Source of the DNA: an uncultured Pelagibacteraceae bacterium
Lineage (GTDB): Bacteria; Pseudomonadota; Alphaproteobacteria; Pelagibacterales; Pelagibacteraceae
DNA length: 32,000 nucleotides
NCBI GenBank assembly: GCA_902583645.1
Contig: CACHWQ010000008.1
Coordinates: 5,596-37,595 of the forward strand
Direction: 5' to 3'
The number at the start of each line of letters is the position of its first letter. Within the stretch, counting starts at the first letter, position 1. Under the pieces are notes generated by a model. The model did not search any database and was not told the origin of the DNA. It saw only the letters and a list, made by a program, of their open reading frames with translations. Made by a program: the position numbers and the translations under genes. This document shows positions 16,742 through 28,611 of this stretch, in pieces.

Positions 16742-17755
16742 ATGGAAATAAAAAAAAGATTAGTTTCATTTTTACGGTCAGGCCTTAGATGGAAATTAAT
16801 AAAATTATCCAAAATAATTAAAATAAACTTATATCCTAAAAAATTTAATTTAAGTATTTATTCCCATAAAATTATTTTCAATTTCATATTTAACGAAAAA
16901 TCTAAAAAAATTAAAAAAATTATTTCACAAAATATAATTGAACAACAAAAATATTCTAAAAAAAATTTAAAATTTCTTGTTTCACCGCCTGGAAGTGGAA
17001 GTACATTTGTAAGATGTATGCTAAGTAGTTATTTTGAAATTTATTATGGTATTGGTAATGGAATACCTAAGTACAATAATATAACTAATGAATGGATGTT
17101 CAGCGGATCACCAATTCTAAGTTCAGATTTGTTTAACTCAATAATAATTGATGAGTCTTTAAATAAAAATAATACAAATAAGTATTTTTCTAAGAAAGAA
17201 TTTTACAAAAATGCTATATTTTTTACTAGGTATCCTTACAAAAATTCAAAAATTGATTTGCACAATTTTAATAATTCAAAATTTATTGTTCTTTTTAGAG
17301 AACCGTATGATTGGATGATTTCACAGTACACAAGGTATGAAAAAAAAAAATATGTTGATAAAAAAAAAGTAAATGTGATTATGATCAAAGAATCTTTAAA
17401 TTACCTTAAAGGATATTATGATTTTTGGATAAAATATTCAAAGCTAAATAAAAAAAAAGTTTTATTCATTGATTACAAAATTCTTACAACAAAAAGTAAT
17501 AAAGCTTTTTTTGAAATATGTAAGTTTATCAATTATAAGATTTCAAATAAGGAATTAATTAACAACTGTGTAAAATATAATTCAAAAAAATATAGTTTAA
17601 AATTAATTAAAGCTAAATTTGAAGGAACCAGATTTTCAAATCCAAATGAAAGAAACAAAATAAAGACTAAGATTTCTAAACATTTGAATAAAGAAATTAA
17701 TAATTTAAATTTTGAAAAAATTTATAATGATCTTTTAAAAAAAGTTGTGATTTAA
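16742..17755 (+). CDS. Putative PAPS-dependent sulfotransferase.
   Basis: 5'-PSB-like loop VSPPGSGSTFVRCML and a 3'-PB-like LFREPYDWMISQY. It is divergent from the APS kinase gene and extremely AT/Lys/Asn rich. Confidence 0.55.
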   Translation: MEIKKRLVSFLRSGLRWKLIKLSKIIKINLYPKKFNLSIYSHKIIFNFIFNEKSKKIKKIISQNIIEQQKYSKKNLKFLVSPPGSGSTFVRCMLSSYFEIYYGIGNGIPKYNNITNEWMFSGSPILSSDLFNSIIIDESLNKNNTNKYFSKKEFYKNAIFFTRYPYKNSKIDLHNFNNSKFIVLFREPYDWMISQYTRYEKKKYVDKKKVNVIMIKESLNYLKGYYDFWIKYSKLNKKKVLFIDYKILTTKSNKAFFEICKFINYKISNKELINNCVKYNSKKYSLKLIKAKFEGTRFSNPNERNKIKTKISKHLNKEINNLNFEKIYNDLLKKVVI

Positions 17756-17799
17756 AGGTTTATTAATAATTATTTTTTAAAAGTAATAATAAATTAAAA

Positions 17800-18990
17800 C
17801 TAACTTACACGACCATATACATCTTGATATCTTACAATATCGCTTTCCTTTAAAATTGAGCCAACCTGAACTTCAACAATTTTAACAGGTTTTTTTCCCG
17901 GATTTTGAACTCTGTGGATTGCTTCTAATGGAATGAATATATGTTCACCTGGTTTTTTAACAATTATATCTTTGTTAAGAGTTATTTTAGCATTTCCTTG
18001 TGTCACTAACCAATGTTCAGCTCGGTGATGGTGTTTTTGCAAACTTAAAATGCCTTTTGGTTTTACATATAACTCTTTAATTAAAAACCCTTTTCCCTCA
18101 AATAGATTTGTATATCTGCCCCATGGACGGTAATACACATTTTTTTTCTTAATATATTTGTTTTTATTTTTGTCATACATTTTCAGAATTTCTTTCCAAC
18201 TACCAAGATCTGACCAAGGAATATTTAGTTTGATAGCATTAGTTTGTTTAGTTTTTTCTAGAATTGCATAATCAAAAGATTTAGCAGTCGCTTTTATAAA
18301 TGAAGCTTTATTTAAGTAATAAGTGTTTCCCTTATATTTTGCTTTATTAACTGCATTTAAACAATTTCTGTAAATTTTGGGCTGATATTTTTTAAAGTTA
18401 TTAATAATAGAATCTTTTCGAAGATAAAACATACCAGAATTCCAATAGCCTTTATTCTTTATAATTTGTTTAGCTTTAGCTTCTTTTGGTTTTTCAATAA
18501 ATCTAGTTACTTCGTTATTTTTTGTTAAAAAATAACCAAATTCACTAGAGGGCATTTTGGGTTTAATACCAAAAATAAAGATATTATTTTGAGTAAGTTT
18601 CTTTTGATTTTTTTTGATAGCTTTATTAAATATTCCGATCTTCTCTATTAAATGGTCTGCAGCTAAAAACATTAGAGGCTGTTGGGTAGGAATATCTTTT
18701 ATTAACGCTGCACTTAATATTGCTGGTGCAGTGTTTCTTTTTGTGGGCTCTAAAACAATCTTAAATTGTCTGAATTTATGTTTTTTGAGATGTTGTTTAA
18801 CTTGTTTTAAGTATTTAGAATTAGTGCTGATAATTGGATAATCGTAAATTGATGATTTTATTCTTTCAAGCGTTTTGCCTAACAAAGTCCAGTTTCCAAA
18901 ATCAATAAATTGTTTAGCCTGATGTTTTTTTTGTTTAGGCCAAAGTCTCGTTCCGGAGCCCCCACATAGAATAACAGGTCTTATTTTCAT
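17800..18990 (-). CDS. manC: Mannose-1-phosphate guanylyltransferase with a C-terminal cupin (ManC/CpsB type, compact).
   Basis: Nucleotidyltransferase motif ILCGGSGTRLWP and a cupin segment (RPWGRY, LSLQKHHHRAEHWLV). TAATG overlap with the ilvD stop. Confidence 0.8.
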   Translation of the reverse strand: MKIRPVILCGGSGTRLWPKQKKHQAKQFIDFGNWTLLGKTLERIKSSIYDYPIISTNSKYLKQVKQHLKKHKFRQFKIVLEPTKRNTAPAILSAALIKDIPTQQPLMFLAADHLIEKIGIFNKAIKKNQKKLTQNNIFIFGIKPKMPSSEFGYFLTKNNEVTRFIEKPKEAKAKQIIKNKGYWNSGMFYLRKDSIINNFKKYQPKIYRNCLNAVNKAKYKGNTYYLNKASFIKATAKSFDYAILEKTKQTNAIKLNIPWSDLGSWKEILKMYDKNKNKYIKKKNVYYRPWGRYTNLFEGKGFLIKELYVKPKGILSLQKHHHRAEHWLVTQGNAKITLNKDIIVKKPGEHIFIPLEAIHRVQNPGKKPVKIVEVQVGSILKESDIVRYQDVYGRVS

Positions 18991-20707
18991 TAAATATCTG
19001 CGTATGTCCTAACTTCTTCTTTTGCTCCCGGGTGTGTAGGTGCGCCAAGATAAGCGGGTCCAACGGTCTGAGCATACTTCCACAGTGTTCCATTACCAAA
19101 ATTAATTTTCTTAGGTTTCCATTTTTTTCGTCTTTTTGCTAATTCTTTTTTAGACAAACGAACATTTATTGTTCCTTTCTTTGCATCTAGATCAATAATA
19201 TCTCCATTTCTTAATAGAGCTATTGGTCCTCCAACTGATGCTTCTGGCCCAACATGCCCAATACAAAATCCTCTTGTTGCTCCTGAAAATCTTCCATCTG
19301 TAATTAGTGCAACTTTTTCACCCTTCCCTTGTCCGTATATTGCTCCTGTGGTTTGAAGCATTTCTCTCATACCTGGACCACCTTTAGGACCTTCGTATCT
19401 AATTATAATGATATCACCATCTTTATACTTTTTATTTTTAACAGCTTTGTAAGCGGCTTCTTCTGTATCAAAACATCTTGCCTTACCAGTAAATTGTAAT
19501 CTTTTTAAACCAGCTACTTTAACAATAGCTCCATCAGGTGCTAAATTTCCTTTTAAACCAACTACACCACCATCTGGAGATAATGGTTGATTATATGACC
19601 TCATAACTTTTTGATTTTTATTAAACTTAACATTTTTTAAATTCTGTCTCATAGTTTTACCTGTAACAGTCATGCAATCACCATGGATATATCCACCATC
19701 TAAAAGTGTTTTTAAAAGCATGGGAACACCACCAGCTTTCCACATATCTTTTGCTACATACTTTCCACCAGGTTTAAGATCTGCAAGATAAGGTGTTTTT
19801 TTGAATATTCTTGCAACATCCATTAAATCAAACTTAATTCCAGCTTCATTTGCAAGTGCTGGTAAATGTAGTGCTGCGTTTGTAGACCCGCCTGTTGCAG
19901 CAACAATAGTGGCTGCATTTTCTAAAGATTTTTTTGTAACAATATCTCTTGGTCTAATTTTCTTTTCTAATAAATTCATTACTGCTTTGCCGCTTTTTAA
20001 TGCATAAGAATCTCTTTGAGTATAAGGTGCAGGTGTTCCAGCAGAATATGGTAAAGCTAATCCAATTGCTTCAGATACACAGGCCATAGTGTTGGCCGTA
20101 AATTGACCCCCACATGCTCCTGCACTTGGACAGGCTTTTAATTCTAATTTTCTTAAAGCATGGGCTGACATTTTGCCTGCAGAAAATTTACCAACACCTT
20201 CGAATACATCGACAACAGTTACGTCTTTGCCATTAAATCTTCCTGGTAGAATAGATCCACCATAAATAAAAACACTTGGAACATTTAATCGAACCATAGC
20301 CATCATCAAACCTGGTAATGATTTATCGCAACCAGCTACACCAACCAAAGCATCATAACAATGTCCTCTAACTGTTAATTCAGTAGAATCTGCAATTACA
20401 TCTCTTGAAATCAATGATGATTTCATACCTTCGTGACCCATTGCTATACCATCTGTTACAGTAATAGTGCAAAATTCTCTTGGTGTTCCACCTGCTTGAT
20501 GGACACCTTTTTTAACAGATTGTGCTTGTCTCATAAGCGCAATATTACATGGAGCAGCCTCGTTCCACGTTGAAACTACACCCACAAATGGTTTCGCGAC
20601 ATCTTTTTCAGTAAGATCCATTGCATAGTAAAAGGATCGTTGTGGTGCTTTATCAGGACCTAATGAGGTATGTCTGCTTGGTAATTTTTTTTTATTAAAT
20701 TTTGGCA

Positions 20708-20708
<1 letters not shown>
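18990..20708 (-). CDS. ilvD: Dihydroxy-acid dehydratase.
   Basis: 572 aa with the IlvD/Edd signatures ([18 protein letters not shown]). Confidence 0.93.
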
Positions 20709-23332
<2,624 letters not shown>

Positions 23333-23459
23333 ATGCCTTTTTAGTTTATAAATTAATCACCTGAATAAACAATAATCAATTTTTAGTGGAAATTTATAGA
23401 CTAATTCTTAAAAACAATTATATAAACATGTATTAAATTGATTTATTATCCTTTTAAAC

Positions 23460-23533
23460 GGTAACGTGGCGGAATGGTTACGCAGAGGATTGCAAATCCT
23501 TGTATCCCGGTTCGATTCCGGGCGTTACCTCCA
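23460..23533 (+). tRNA. tRNA-Cys (anticodon GCA), CCA encoded.
   Basis: Hand-folded cloverleaf: acceptor GGTAACG/CGTTACC, anticodon loop TTGCAAA, T-arm CCCGG-TTCGATT-CCGGG, 3' TCCA. Confidence 0.9.
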
Positions 23534-23582
23534 AAAAAAGAGTTGTTTTAAATTTAAAAAAAAGTAAGTTTTGACTTTATAT

Positions 23583-23658
23583 TCCTCGGTAGCTCAGTTG
23601 GTAGAGCAGTTGACTGTTAATCAATTGGTCGCAGGTTCGAGTCCTGCCCGAGGAGCCA
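23583..23658 (+). tRNA. tRNA-Asn (anticodon GTT), CCA encoded.
   Basis: Acceptor TCCTCGG/CCGAGGA, D-arm GCTC-AGTTGGTA-GAGC, anticodon loop CTGTTAA, T-arm GCAGG-TTCGAGT-CCTGC. Confidence 0.9.
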
Positions 23659-23661
23659 AAA

Positions 23662-24033
23662 CTACCCCGTTTTTGTAATACCAATTTGTGCAACTTGTAA
23701 ATTTTTACTAAATTTAACTTTCTGATCTTGCGTTAATTCAGCGTATAGCTTAGTTAAGAAATTATAGTTCACTGTCATATGGTTTTCTTTTATTTTATCA
23801 GCATTAATCGCATATTCTGAAAAATCCTCGAAAAAATAGTTTATTGGAACTTTAAGATAGTTTGATAATTGAAGCAGTCTAATTGAACTTACTCCATTTG
23901 TTCCCTTTTCGTATTTTTGTATTTGCTGAAATGTAACATTAATTGCTTTTGCTACTTTTGTTTGAGTTAAGCCAAGTGCCAATCTTCTTAGCTTAAGTTT
24001 ATTACCTAAGTGTTTATTAAAATTTTCTTCCAT
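23662..24033 (-). CDS. XRE-family (Cro/CI-type) helix-turn-helix transcriptional regulator.
   Basis: HTH segment LTQTKVAKAINVTFQQIQKYEKGTN. There is a good SD (AGAGGGG) 6 nt upstream of the ATG. The stop lies 3 nt from the tRNA-Asn 3' end (convergent). Confidence 0.75.
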   Translation of the reverse strand: MEENFNKHLGNKLKLRRLALGLTQTKVAKAINVTFQQIQKYEKGTNGVSSIRLLQLSNYLKVPINYFFEDFSEYAINADKIKENHMTVNYNFLTKLYAELTQDQKVKFSKNLQVAQIGITKTG

Positions 24034-24182
24034 TAAGACCCCTCTTAAAAAGAAAGATTGAACTCTATCCTGAAGGTTTATGCAAGCCCTAAAATATTTT
24101 TTTTTTAGCCTATTTATTGGCTTGACAGGAGGAAAAAAAGACTAAACGTGATTTATAAATAAAGTAAACTAATTTAGACTAA

Positions 24183-24917
24183 TTATAAAATTTGGCTTAA
24201 AAATAGCTTAGTTCTATCGCTTTTTGGATTTGCAAAAAATTCTTTGGTCTCGGCTTTTTCTACAATCATCCCCTCGTCCATAAAAATAACCTCATCAGCA
24301 ACTTCTTTTGCAAAACCCATTTCGTGAGTGACAACGATCATTGTCATACCACCCTTAGCTAGATTAACCATAGCATCTAATACTTCTTTAATCATCTCAG
24401 GATCTAACGCTGAAGTAGGTTCGTCAAAAAGCATTATTTTTGGTTGCATACACAATGCTCTTGCAATAGCAGATCTTTGTTGTTGGCCGCCAGATAATTG
24501 ACCTGGAAACTTATTTGCTTGATCGGCAATTTGAACTTGTTCCAATTGTTTCATTGCTAAATCTTGCGCTTCTTTTTTAGCCATTTTTTTTACCCAAATT
24601 GGTGCTAACGTACAGTTATCTAAAATAGATAAATGTGGAAATAAGTTAAATTGTTGGAAAACCATACCTACTTCTGCTCTAACTTGCTCAATATTTTTTG
24701 TATTTTCAGAAAGTTCAGTACCATCAACTACTATAGTGCCTTTTTGATGTTCCTCTAACCTATTAATACATCTTATTAGAGTTGATTTTCCAGATCCAGA
24801 TGGACCACAAACTACAATTTTTTGTTTAGCTGATACGTCTAAATTTATATCTTTTAAAACTTGAAAATCTCCAAACCATTTGTTTACATTTTCAATTTTA
24901 ATTATTGGTTCAGACAT
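24183..24917 (-). CDS. aapP: Polar/general amino-acid ABC transporter ATPase.
   Basis: Walker [10 protein letters not shown], signature LSGGQQQR, Walker [12 protein letters not shown]. It is the last gene of the four-gene transporter string. Confidence 0.85.
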   Translation of the reverse strand: MSEPIIKIENVNKWFGDFQVLKDINLDVSAKQKIVVCGPSGSGKSTLIRCINRLEEHQKGTIVVDGTELSENTKNIEQVRAEVGMVFQQFNLFPHLSILDNCTLAPIWVKKMAKKEAQDLAMKQLEQVQIADQANKFPGQLSGGQQQRSAIARALCMQPKIMLFDEPTSALDPEMIKEVLDAMVNLAKGGMTMIVVTHEMGFAKEVADEVIFMDEGMIVEKAETKEFFANPKSDRTKLFLSQIL

Positions 24918-24918
24918 T

Positions 24919-26190
24919 TTATCTTTCAGTTTTATATTTTGCTTCTAAGTTATAACTATATTTGCTCATAGCATAGCAAATTATCCAGAAAATTATAGCT
25001 GCAAATACATACCCTTCCATAGCAAATCCTAACCATTTAGGATTTGTTTTTGCTAAAGCTAACATTCCAGCTAATTCAGCTAATCCAACAACAAAAATTA
25101 AAGGAGTATCTTTAACAAGTGCTAAAAATGTATTGCAAATTCCAGGTATTACTAATTTTAAAGCTTGAGGTAAAATTACAAAAATATGCATCTTCCAATA
25201 TCCCATTCCCAAAGATTTAGCAGCATCATACTGACCTCTTGGAAGTGCTTGCAAACCACCTCTTATAACCTCAGCACAATAAGCTCCTTCGAAAAGTGTA
25301 ATAGCTATAATTACTCTTACAAGTTTATCCATAAAGAAATCTTCAGGTAAAAACATAGGAAACATAACTGAGGACATAAATAAAACTGTAATAAGAGGGA
25401 CCCCTCTCCAAAATTCAATGTAGCCAATTGATATATATCGTATCATTGGGAGACTTGATCGCCTACCTAACGCTAAAACCATTCCTAGAGGAAAACAGAA
25501 AATTAAACAGAAAAAAGAAACAATAAATGTTAAAGATAGACCTCCCCATGCACCTGTTTCGACCCAAACCAATCCGAAAGAACCGCCAGAAATTAAGTAG
25601 TATATTACCAAAAAAGCAATTATTGGATAAATAATTACATAATATAATGCTAAATATTTTTTTAAATTATTTCTTAAGAAAAAACCAAAAAATCCTAGAG
25701 CAATTACAAGAATAAATGCTAAGTTAATTCTCCAATGTAAATCATTAGGATACATTCCATACATAAATCTTCTTAACCAAACTTTAACATAAGTCCAACA
25801 AGCACCTGTACCTGTACAAGCTTCCTTTGAATCACCAGAAATATTTGCATCAAATATCATCCAGCTCAAAGATGGAGGCGTGGCTTTAATAAGTGCAAAA
25901 ATTATTAGCAAGGTTAATATTGAATTAAAGTTATTCGTATTAATATTTTTATTAATTAAATCTAAACTTTTTATTCCAGAATATTCTGTCCTTATAAAAT
26001 TTAGCCCTATAAAACCAATTATTAGTGGTAGAAAAATACTTAAAATATTTGGTAAAAAAGCAGTAATGTTTATTTTTAAAAAAGCATTTAAAGTTACATC
26101 TAAAATACTAATAGAAAATAGGAAAAGACCTAAATAAAGAAAATAATAAAAGTTTTGTTTATTAGATTTAATTAATTGTAGACTACTCAT
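24919..26190 (-). CDS. aapM: Amino-acid ABC transporter permease (AapM/YhdY-like).
   Basis: His/Glu/Gln/Arg-type permease core ([19 protein letters not shown]) with an extended N-terminal membrane region. Confidence 0.8.
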   Translation of the reverse strand: MSSLQLIKSNKQNFYYFLYLGLFLFSISILDVTLNAFLKINITAFLPNILSIFLPLIIGFIGLNFIRTEYSGIKSLDLINKNINTNNFNSILTLLIIFALIKATPPSLSWMIFDANISGDSKEACTGTGACWTYVKVWLRRFMYGMYPNDLHWRINLAFILVIALGFFGFFLRNNLKKYLALYYVIIYPIIAFLVIYYLISGGSFGLVWVETGAWGGLSLTFIVSFFCLIFCFPLGMVLALGRRSSLPMIRYISIGYIEFWRGVPLITVLFMSSVMFPMFLPEDFFMDKLVRVIIAITLFEGAYCAEVIRGGLQALPRGQYDAAKSLGMGYWKMHIFVILPQALKLVIPGICNTFLALVKDTPLIFVVGLAELAGMLALAKTNPKWLGFAMEGYVFAAIIFWIICYAMSKYSYNLEAKYKTER

Positions 26191-27341
26191 TATTTTTCCT
26201 TGATTTCAATTTTTTTGTTATACCAATTCATTATTGCAGCAATTGCTAAACTTATAGATAGATAAGTAAGCATTGTTATCGATACTATTTCGATTGCCTT
26301 TCCAGTCTGCATTAATGCAGTGCCAGCAAAAACTAAAACTAGATCAGGATATGCTATGGCAGCTGCTAAAGATGAATTTTTTGTTAAATTAAGATATTGA
26401 TTGGTAGTTGGTGGAATTATAATTCTTAAAGCTTGTGGCATAACAACTAATTTTAATATTTGATTAGGTGTTAAACCTACAGATGCTGCGGCTTCTTTTT
26501 GGCCTTTGCTAATACCCTGAATACCTGCCCTAACACACTCTGCTACAAAAGTAGATGTATATAAGGATAAAGCTAAAACCAAAGCTATTAACTCTGGCGG
26601 TAGTCCTATACCGCCCTCATAAATATAAGAAGTTTTTGATAACTTTTTCAATACTGGAATTCCAAAATCTAAAGTGACTCCACCTATTAAAAAAGTTAAT
26701 CCCGGAATAATAAATATTAATCCTAATGAAATTAAAAAAACTGGTATTTGTTTACCTTGATTATCTTGAACTTTTTTTGCATATGTAGTTATTAAAATGA
26801 TACTTATTACTACTGCTAAAATTGAGTATAAAAAAATATCAAGATTATTCCAAATAAATGCAGGAATATAATATCCTTTGATTGTCATATATGTAACGCC
26901 AAACCATGGTTCTGCCTTTTCAGGAAGGGGCAATGCTCTAAGGGCGGCATAATACCAAAAAAATATTTGTAACAATAAAGGGATATTTCTAAAAAATTCA
27001 ACATACCAAGCAGCAGAATTTCTTATAAGGAAATTAGAGGATAATCTTGCTACACCAATTACTACACCTAAAATTGTACAAAAAATAATACTTATAAAAG
27101 ATACAAGCAAGGTATTTAGTAGTCCAACTAAATAGGCTCGTGCGTATGAATGTGAACCACTATATTCAATAAGAGAAAATTGTACATCAAACGAAGATTC
27201 TTGATTTAAAAAACCAAAACCAAAATCAATACCTCTATTATCCATATTGATTTGTGCATTGAATGTAAAAAAACCAAATATACCTAATACAAATAGAACA
27301 GTGATTATCTGAGGCAGAATTTTTTTGATTTTGTTGTTCAT
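26190..27341 (-). CDS. aapQ: Amino-acid ABC transporter permease (AapQ/YhdX-like).
   Basis: Permease loop (RAGIQGISKGQKEAAASVGL). TAATG overlap with the aapM start. Confidence 0.8.
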   Translation of the reverse strand: MNNKIKKILPQIITVLFVLGIFGFFTFNAQINMDNRGIDFGFGFLNQESSFDVQFSLIEYSGSHSYARAYLVGLLNTLLVSFISIIFCTILGVVIGVARLSSNFLIRNSAAWYVEFFRNIPLLLQIFFWYYAALRALPLPEKAEPWFGVTYMTIKGYYIPAFIWNNLDIFLYSILAVVISIILITTYAKKVQDNQGKQIPVFLISLGLIFIIPGLTFLIGGVTLDFGIPVLKKLSKTSYIYEGGIGLPPELIALVLALSLYTSTFVAECVRAGIQGISKGQKEAAASVGLTPNQILKLVVMPQALRIIIPPTTNQYLNLTKNSSLAAAIAYPDLVLVFAGTALMQTGKAIEIVSITMLTYLSISLAIAAIMNWYNKKIEIKEK

Positions 27342-27355
27342 TAGATCGCGAATAT

Positions 27356-27388
27356 AAAAAAAAGGGCTAGAAAAATCTAGCCCTTTTT
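27356..27388 (-). terminator. Intrinsic terminator/attenuator hairpin between aapJ and aapQ.
   Basis: Stem GGGCTAG (27364-27370) pairs with CTAGCCC (27377-27383). It is flanked by A8 (27356-27363) and T5 (27384-27388), so the minus-strand RNA has the hairpin followed by U8. Confidence 0.7.
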
Positions 27389-27406
27389 AAGTATTTAAAT
27401 CAAGAA

Positions 27407-28444
27407 TTATCTTGCTGGTGGTACGTATAATATTCCACCTTTAGTCCAAAGTTGATTTGGACCTCTGTCAGGTAAGATACCTGGATCAGCAATATTTCTC
27501 TTATAGCTTTCTCCGTAGTTTCCTACTTGCTTAATAATTCTTAAGCTCCAGTCATTATCTAGACCAAAAGCTGCACCTAATTCACCTTCTGCTCCAACAA
27601 GTCTTTTGATTGCCGGGTTATCTGAAGTTTTCATAGAGTCAGCATTTGAAGAAGTAATTCCATACTCTTCAGCTTCGATCATAGTGTTTAATGACCAACG
27701 AACAATGTCTTCCCAAACAGCATCACCTTGTCTTACAACTGGTCCTAAAGGCTCTTTAGAAATAGTTTCTGGTAATACCATGTGTTCATCTGGATTTTTC
27801 ATTTTTGTTCTTTGAGCTGCTAATCCTGATTTATCAGTTGTGTAAGTATCACATCTACCTGCATCATAAGCAGCAACAACTTCATCAGCTTTTTCAAAAG
27901 CTACAGGCTCGTACGAAATTCCTCTTGAATTAAAGAAGTCTCTCATATTAAGCTCAGTTGTTGTACCTATATTTGTACAAGCAGAAATACCGTTTTTGAA
28001 TTGGTTAACTGAAGTTATGCCAGAGTTTTTTCTTACCATGAAACCTTGTCCATCGTAAAAATTTACTCCAACGAAAGTAAGACCAATATCAGCATCTCTT
28101 GAAAGTGTCCAAGTCGTGTTTCTAGATAATATATCTATTTCACCAGATGTAAGAGCTGTAAATCTTTCTTTAGCACTTAGTGGAGTAAATTTTACTTTAT
28201 TTGCATCACCAAGAACTGCAGCAGCAACTGCTCTACAAACGTCAACGTCAACACCAGTCCAATTTCCTGACGCATCAGCGTTAGAAAATCCTGGAAGACC
28301 TTGAGAAACACCACATCTTACAAAACCCTTCTTTTGAGTGTTTTTAAGTGTCTTTGACTTTTTAGCCATTGCTTCAGTTGTAAATGCAAAAAGCACTGCA
28401 ACCATAGCAATGAAAGAAGTCAATTTTTTTATAACATTAAACAT
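27407..28444 (-). CDS. aapJ: Periplasmic general L-amino-acid-binding protein (AapJ/YhdW-like).
   Basis: Signal peptide (MFNVIKKLTSFIAMVAVLFAFTTEAMA) and family-3 SBP features (VRCGVSQGLPGFS, DILSRNTTWT). Confidence 0.82.
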   Translation of the reverse strand: MFNVIKKLTSFIAMVAVLFAFTTEAMAKKSKTLKNTQKKGFVRCGVSQGLPGFSNADASGNWTGVDVDVCRAVAAAVLGDANKVKFTPLSAKERFTALTSGEIDILSRNTTWTLSRDADIGLTFVGVNFYDGQGFMVRKNSGITSVNQFKNGISACTNIGTTTELNMRDFFNSRGISYEPVAFEKADEVVAAYDAGRCDTYTTDKSGLAAQRTKMKNPDEHMVLPETISKEPLGPVVRQGDAVWEDIVRWSLNTMIEAEEYGITSSNADSMKTSDNPAIKRLVGAEGELGAAFGLDNDWSLRIIKQVGNYGESYKRNIADPGILPDRGPNQLWTKGGILYVPPAR

Positions 28445-28611
28445 ATTCTTCCTCTTGTTTTAAGTTTATTTGTTAACAAATAATTCAAAAAATATTTTGA
28501 ATTTATAATAGTTAATCACGATATAAATAACTCATCAATAAGAAAAATGTCTTATTTATTCAAAAAAATATAGAATAAAACTCATTATGATACATAAATA
28601 CGATCAATAAA

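Noticed and set aside
12479-18990. A search for methylphosphonate synthase (MpnS/HepD-like), AEP transaminase or a radical-SAM methyltransferase to complete a named phosphonate pathway.
   Set aside because: No ORF in the window has the size or motifs of these families. I therefore make no claim for methylphosphonate, 2-AEP or fosfomycin.
23333-23660. A possible integrated element or genomic island at the tRNA-Cys/tRNA-Asn pair (and likewise at tRNA-Arg, 29755-29831).
   Set aside because: There is no integrase, no duplicated tRNA 3' segment and no phage or IS genes nearby. The flanking genes are core housekeeping.
24121-24160. TTGACA ... TATAAA, a sigma-70-like pair on the plus strand in the aapP-XRE spacer.
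   Set aside because: The spacing does not fit 17 +/- 1 bp, and the element would fire antisense into aapP. The only gene needing a promoter here (XRE, minus strand) is on the other strand.
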